A stretch of DNA of 33,635 nt from Chloroflexota bacterium (GTDB lineage: Bacteria > Chloroflexota > Dehalococcoidia > Lucifugimonadales > JACQOS01): assembly GCA_016202425.1 (NCBI GenBank), contig JACQOS010000101.1, positions 1 to 33,635 on the forward strand, read 5' to 3'. The notes under the pieces are model-generated. The model did not search any database. It had not been told where the DNA came from and was given only the letters and a program-made list of their open reading frames with translations. Made by a program: the position numbers and the translations under genes. Shown piece by piece: positions 28,770 to 33,635 of this stretch (its first letter is position 1; each line of letters opens with the position of its first letter).

Positions 28770-28972
28770 GGAACGCCATGGTTGATTTCATCCCGGACGA
28801 GATGGAGCGTGAGGTGGCTGTCAGCGGTGTCTGGGACGAGCTTGGGCCCGCACTGGCGGCGAAGTACAGCGGCCTGGTGGACCGGGTGATCCTTTACCAG
28901 GACTTCAGACCAGGAGTCCAGGACGAGTTCTGGCGCGCCATGGTAGCGGGGCTCCGGGACACGCGTGCATAA
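28770..28972 (+). pseudogene. C-terminal fragment of a luciferase-like / F420-dependent oxidoreductase-type protein
   Basis: The tail of ORF 28184..28972, WNAMVDFIPDEMEREVAVSGVWDELGPALAAKYSGLVDRVILY, resembles the C-terminus of LLM-class oxidoreductases. Upstream ORF sequence is low-complexity antisense to the clamp fragment. Confidence 0.4.
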
Positions 28973-29077
28973 GGACGGACCGGATTAGAAGTGGTCTCAC
29001 AGTCTGTCCCATAGACCCCCTGTCCGGTGGGCAGGTAAAGCAGTAAGCTCTGGGAAACAGACGTAGATGTGGGTTTC

Positions 29078-30470
29078 ATGGCATACAATCTGCTGGGCTG
29101 GGAGCGAGAGCAGGGATACCTGATGCCGCCGTCCATGCGGGAATGGTTGAGCGAGGGTCATCTGGCCTGGTTCATAGTGGATGCTGTAGAGGAGATGGAT
29201 CTCAGGGAGTTCTATGCGGCATACCGGAATGATGGCTGGGGTGCTGCCGCCTACGACCCGAAAGTAATGGTTGGGGGTGTTGCTCTATGGTTACTGCCTA
29301 GGCTTGCGCAGTTCCCGGCGCATGGCCCGTGGTCTGGAGGAAGATGTGGGGTTCCGGGTAGTGGCGGCCAACCAGCAACCGGACTTCCGGACCATCTGCC
29401 GGTTCCGTGCGGAGCACGAGGAGGCGCTGGAGAAGCTCTTCGTAGAGGTGCTGCGGCTGTGCCGGGAGGCGGGCCTGGTGAAGCTGGGCGTCGTAGCCCT
29501 GGATGGGACGAAGGTGGCGGCGAGTGCAGCTCTGGCCGCCAACCGGAACCACGAGGCCATTGAGGAAGAGGTACGGCGGATGCTGGCCGAGGCGAAGGCC
29601 GTGGACGCCGAAGAGGATGCTCGCTACGGTATGGACCGGCGAGGGTACGAGCTACCGGAAGGGCTCAGTAGGCGGGCGGAGCGGCTGAAGCGGTTGAAAG
29701 AAGCCAAGGAACGTCTGGAGCGGGAAGCTGAGGAAGTGGCTCAGGCTGCCCACGAGCACCTTATGCAACGGCAGGCAGAGGAGGTGGCCACCGGGAAGAA
29801 GAAGCGGGTCAGGAAGTCCCAGAGGGTGGCAACAACCCCTTCGGCAGAGGCCAAGGCCAATACCACCGACCCAGACAGTCGCATCATGAAGACCAGGCAA
29901 GGGTACGTGCAGGGCTACAACGTCCAGGCGATGGTGAGTGAGGACCAGGTCATCGTAGCCATTGGGGTGACCCAGGAGGCCAACGATGTGCAACAACTGG
30001 AGCCCATGCTCCAGACCATGGAGCACATCCTGAAAACAGCGGGCATGGAAGATGGACCCAAAGTGGCCCTGGCGGATGCGGGCTACTGGAGTGAGGCCAA
30101 CGTCAAGGCGTGCTCCACTCCACAGATGCCTGAGCTTCTCATTGCCACCACCAAGGACTGGAAGCAACGGAAGTTGCTACGGGAGAAAGGTTGTCCCCGA
30201 GGCCGTATTCCAAGAGGGCTGAGCCTGAGGGACAGGATGGAGCGCAAGCTGCTGACCAAGCGGGGCCGAGCCCTGTACAAGATACGGGGTGTGCTGGTGG
30301 AGCCGGTGCTGGGTCAGGTCAAGGAAGGGCAAGGGTTCCGGCGGTTTATGAGACGGGGGCTTGGGGCTGCCCAGAGTGAGTGGTCACTGGTGGGGATGAC
30401 CCACAATTTGCTCAAGCTATGGCGCAGTGGCCAGGCCCCATGGGGATGGGACAAGGCACGTTGGAACTAG
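29078..30470 (+). pseudogene. IS1182-family DDE transposase, +1 frame break in a G-run
   Basis: ORF 29069..29563 (...AAYDPKVMVG) and ORF 29271..30470 (VLLYGYCLGLRSSRRMARGLEEDVGFRVVAANQQPDFRTICRFR...LADAGYWSE...) join into one IS1182-like protein if GGGGG at 29273-29277 were GGGG. Confidence 0.8.
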
Positions 30471-31587
30471 TACCTACTTACAACAAAAGCCTTCTGATGT
30501 ACACTCAGGCCATGGCTGGAGTAGCAACGCGCATCCATCTGACCGAGGAGGAGCGGAGTACCTTGGAGACCTGGGTGCGGAGGACGACGACGGAGCAGCA
30601 CAGAGCACAGCGGGCCCACATGGTCCTGGAAGCAGCCAGCGGGAAGACGACGAAGGAGATCGCCTCCCGCTTGCGCGTGCGCCGTGCCACCGTCAGTACG
30701 TGGCGCACCCGCTTTGCCAAAGACCGCCTGGCTGGGCTGGCTGATGCCCCGAGGCCGGGCAAGCCGGTCACCTACGACGAAGGCACCGAGCGGCGCATCC
30801 TCTGGAAGCTGGACGAACCGCCGCCTGCGGGGTACAGCATTTGGACGGGCCGCCTGATGGCCCAGGCGTTGGGAGACGTTCCCGTCCACCATGTCTGGCA
30901 GGTGCTGAGGAAGCACGGGGTCCATTTGCAGCGCCGCCGGAGTTGGTGCGTGAGCACGGACCCCGAGTTCGTCCAAAAAGCGGCCGATGTGGTGGCCCTC
31001 TACTTGGACCCGCCGGAAAACGCGGTGGTGCTGAGCGTGGATGAGAAGCCCGCCATCCAGGCCCTGGAGCGGGCCCAGGGGTGGCTGCGGCTTCCCAACG
31101 GTCAAGCGCTGCGGGGGTTCAACCACGAATACAAGTGGCACGGCACCACCACCCTCTTCGCCGCCCTGGAAGTGGCCAAAGGGACCGTCACGGTCGGCCA
31201 CTACCGACGTCGGCGCCGGAAGGAGTTCCTGGACTTCATGAACCGCCTGGTGGCCCAGTATCCCGACCAGGAGCTGCACGTCATCCTCGATAATCTCAGC
31301 ACCCATAAGCCCAAGCATGACCGGTGGATGGCCCTCCATCCCCACCTCCACTTTCACTACACTCCAACCCACGCCTCGTGGCTTAACCAGATAGAGGTCT
31401 GGTGAAAGCATCCTGACCCGGAGCGCCCTCCGTGGGCTGAACGCCAACTCGGTCCAAGACGTCTGCCGCGCCATTGATGCCTTCACCCAAGCGCGCAACC
31501 ACAACCCCATCCCTTTCGAATGGACTAAGAGCGTCGTGCATCCTGGACAACTCAAGCATCGTTACTCGGATTTATCTAACTAAGTAC
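30470..31587 (+). mobile_element. IS630/Tc1-family insertion sequence, flanked by TA, nested at the 3' end of the IS1182-family element
   Basis: Imperfect terminal inverted repeats: GTACCTACTTACA... at 30470, against the reverse complement of ...TAACTAAGTAC ending at 31587. TA dinucleotides on both sides (30468-69 and 31588-89) fit IS630 target duplication. Confidence 0.7.
30497..31583 (+). pseudogene. IS630-family transposase, frame break just after the WLNQIE motif
   Basis: The HTH N-terminus and DDE domain (VLSVDEKPAIQA..., HVILDNLSTHK, HASWLNQIEVW*) stop at 31405. The expected continuation SILTRSALRGLNANSVQDVCRAIDAFTQARNHNPIPFEWTK reads in another frame, to the TAA at 31581-83. Confidence 0.8.
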
Positions 31588-31718
31588 TAGCCGGCCAAGT
31601 GGCCACTTGGGGGAGCCCCCAGCGGGCGGCGGACGTGAATGGGCCAAGGCTGGCCGAGACGGCAGGGCCACACACCACTGGCAGAGAGCACGGCCACGGC
31701 TCTGCGGGACAAGCTCTC

Positions 31719-31755
31719 CTCAGGTTTCACATAACCACCTTATGTGAAACCTGAG
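31719..31755. repeat. Perfect 16-bp-arm palindrome (CTCAGGTTTCACATAA-ccacc-TTATGTGAAACCTGAG)
   Basis: Seen directly. AT-richer than its surroundings. It may be part of the right end of the IS1182-family element, given weak similarity to 29052-29077. Confidence 0.6.
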
Positions 31756-32072
31756 CTACGCTAGTTTGACACTAGCAACGAACCCTCACCACCGCGTACG
31801 GGAACGTCTCCGGGCACACATCGGGATGCCCCTCTCTCCCGTGGAGGGTCACACACGACAATCACCGTTCCCTTCCGGCCGTATCCTGGGAGCCCCAGCC
31901 ACAGAAGACCACCATCACCATCAAGGAGGTGGAGGATGTACCAGCCACGGCTTGACCTGAGCTAAGACCCCCGGACTGGGATACAATCCTGGTGGGGTCG
32001 GTGCGGGTTCAGGCAGAGGCCGCCGTCGTTCCCAGCGGCGGCCCGCCCCCTTCATTCCCCCGACCGTCCCCG

Positions 32073-32560
32073 CTATTGAGAAAGGAAAGCCATGAATGAG
32101 GTAGCGCAAAGAGAGAAGCTCTTCCGCCTTCTCTCCGCCAACCCACAGGTCCGCCACGTTGTGGCCCGGGTCGCTGGACAGATCAGGGACAGGAGCACCG
32201 AGAAGTCCTCGGCCTTCATCTTGTCCAACTCGTCGATGACCAGGTAGCGGGGCCGGAAGTTGAGCAGGAAGTCGGCGATGCCCGCGCGGCTACTGGACCA
32301 GCCCAGGGCGTACTGGCTCCCCGGCAGGGCTCCCCAGGGCTTGCAGGAACATGCTCTTGGCCGTGGCGGGAGGGCCCCACCAGCAGGATGTGCACTGGCT
32401 GGGGGAGGCCAGGCTCTTGTGGACCCAGTGCTTCACGTCATCGTGGCCCACGATGTGGCCGAAGAGGCCCTCGGGAATGCCCTCCTCCAGCCGTTCCGGC
32501 CCTTCGTCCCCCACGGCGGCCAGGGCCTGCAACCACTTCCGGTCCTCAACTAATGACCTC
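32073..32560 (-). pseudogene. AAA+ ATPase (MCM/Lon-like Walker A) remnant with several frame disruptions
   Basis: The pieces read in different frames: LFGHIVGHDDVKHW..., VHILLVG, PPATAKSMFLQAL, and LPGSQYALGWSSSRAGIADFLLNFRPRYLVIDELDKM (Walker B). No recognisable C-terminal half remains. Confidence 0.6.
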
Positions 32561-32618
32561 TTTCCCCTCTCGGCATCGCTATCCCCTTGACGCGGTTTAG
32601 TCCTACAAGAAGGATCTC

Positions 32619-33158
32619 TTGCCTCTCCGGGACAGGCGCACTCAGATGCTTGTGGATGGGCTGAGAGAGCATATGCCAAAGTCACCCCTGGGGCAGGCCT
32701 GGCGTGACTGGGAAAACCGGGCAAGTCAGTTGCTGGAGGACATTGCCCCAAAGATGAAGTCCGAACTGAGGAAGAGGGTTGATAATGCCCTGCCCCCATC
32801 GGCCTGCGCCTACGGGAAGGGATTCGTCGAGAGCCTCTGGTTTGCGGTTACAGCGGTTGCCAGGAGCGTTTCCCTGACGGATATACCATATCCGGCAGAG
32901 AAGACAGAAAAGGGACAGAACCTGCTCTGGGGCACATACCGCCTTTCCATGCCTCTCCCCGATGGTTCACAGCGCCTCGACTCGCTGAAGCAGCAGCATA
33001 AACGTCTGCTCAGGGAGGTGACTGCTCAGGAATGGGTGCCCAAGGTGCGAGACGCGCTGAGTGGCTGGGGTAAGGCCCGGGACAGTATCCAGGAAGAGAT
33101 CGCGATCTCGCTGCTGCGGCACGTCGTGCCTGGAAGGCGCAAGCTGTGTCCGCAGTGA
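32619..33158 (+). CDS. Hypothetical protein (179 aa), no family recognised
   Basis: TTG start preceded by GAAGGA. An alternative ATG lies at 32646. Codon usage looks coding and moderately lower in G+C. Divergent from the AAA+ remnant. Confidence 0.45.
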   Translation: MPLRDRRTQMLVDGLREHMPKSPLGQAWRDWENRASQLLEDIAPKMKSELRKRVDNALPPSACAYGKGFVESLWFAVTAVARSVSLTDIPYPAEKTEKGQNLLWGTYRLSMPLPDGSQRLDSLKQQHKRLLREVTAQEWVPKVRDALSGWGKARDSIQEEIAISLLRHVVPGRRKLCPQ

Positions 33159-33484
33159 AGGCCAACCACGTGGAGCTCACATCATTGCAGGCACCCACAG
33201 GTGCAGTGGGCTTTGCTCTGCAACCTTCCTTGTACATGCTGCAACGTTCATCCCACAAAAACAGGCCCCAGCAGATTTGAGACCGCTGAGGCTGCCTATG
33301 GAGGCCGTCTGGCAGCGTTGCATCCTCCTACCGCCTCATCAGTTCCCGCTCAAGGGTGAAGCGGAAGGGTGTCGAGCCACAGGCTATCGCACCACCTTTA
33401 GGCTATCTCTTCTTGGCTACTACGCGGGCAGTAAGCACTATCGCCAGAGTGAAGGGATCTTCATTGGCGTCGATTGTATCCTGT

Positions 33485-33584
33485 CCCCCTTCCTGGCCAG
33501 GAAGGGGGAAGAAGTTGTATCTGGGGGACACCCCCAGACCCCCGTCAAAGGGGCTTCGCCCCTCTGGACTCCCCTTTTTTCAGC
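33485..33584 (-). repeat. Modular intergenic repeat, copy 4 (long form, inverted relative to 5345-5448)
   Basis: The reverse complement aligns with 5345-5448 along its whole length. The first hairpin differs (GGGGCgaaGCCCC vs GGGCCGActtaTCGGCCC), but both versions still pair. Confidence 0.85.
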
Positions 33585-33611
33585 ACCCTCCTAGCCCTTC
33601 TCTTTTCTCCC

Positions 33612-33635
33612 TCTCCCCTTCCCACGAAGGGGAGA
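33612..33635. repeat. GC-rich hairpin TCTCCCCTTC-ccac-GAAGGGGAGA at the window edge
   Basis: 10-bp perfect stem, seen directly. Same style as the other intergenic hairpins. Confidence 0.55.

Noticed and set aside
29271-29280. Programmed ribosomal frameshifting as the explanation for the split IS1182-type transposase, and likewise for IS630 at about 31400.
   Set aside because: IS1182-family transposases are normally single ORFs. The IS630 break is near the C-terminus rather than at the usual HTH/DDE junction. No slippery heptamer is evident. An indel, either real or an assembly error, is simpler.
31935-31964. 9-codon mini-ORF (MYQPRLDLS) behind a strong AAGGAGG Shine-Dalgarno sequence.
   Set aside because: It is too short to evaluate. 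It is probably the stranded start of a gene destroyed by the rearrangements in this island.
33061-33594. 177-aa plus-strand ORF overlapping the end of the 179-aa hypothetical gene and running into the repeat at 33485-33584.
   Set aside because: It has no recognisable motifs. Its 3' part is a translation of the intergenic repeat. It is likely spurious.

Overview
High-G+C bacterial chromosomal window. Gene order and the small GC-rich intergenic hairpin repeats suggest a Chloroflexota-like organism, but that is inference only.

Layout:
- (1) 300-7900, + strand, metabolic genes: alpha-glucan phosphorylase, a UbiD/UbiX decarboxylase pair, a dienelactone hydrolase, and a lone molybdopterin-binding (xanthine dehydrogenase/CoxL family) large subunit.
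- (2) 7960-10710, - strand: a tandem array of orphan Rhs core/C-terminal toxin fragments, each followed by a small 3-TM immunity-like gene. No full-length rhs gene is in the window.
- (3) 10736-26175, - strand: the conserved housekeeping string miaB / rpsB-tsf-pyrH-frr-uppS-cdsA-dxr-rseP-ispG-proS. It is interrupted by visibly lower-G+C accessory genes: a stand-alone DUF262 (ParB/GmrSD-like) protein between rseP and ispG, and a NotI-family endonuclease plus Dam-like m6A methyltransferase between ispG and a SAM-methyltransferase/proS.
- (4) 26150-33600: a decayed mobile-element region. It holds an excisionase-like HTH gene, a frameshifted large serine recombinase, a DnaN C-terminal fragment, an F420/LLM oxidoreductase fragment, an IS630 nested in an IS1182-family element (both transposases frame-disrupted), a multiply frameshifted AAA+ ATPase, and one unknown 179-aa ORF.

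A modular GC-rich hairpin repeat family occupies several intergenic regions.

Best candidates for something new are the Rhs-CT/immunity cassettes, whose hydrophobic toxin tip has no enzyme motif I recognise, and the defence-type genes embedded without their own intergenic space inside an essential operon.

No rRNA, tRNA or CRISPR array was found. Most long ORFs antisense to, or out of frame with, the called genes are high-G+C artefacts.
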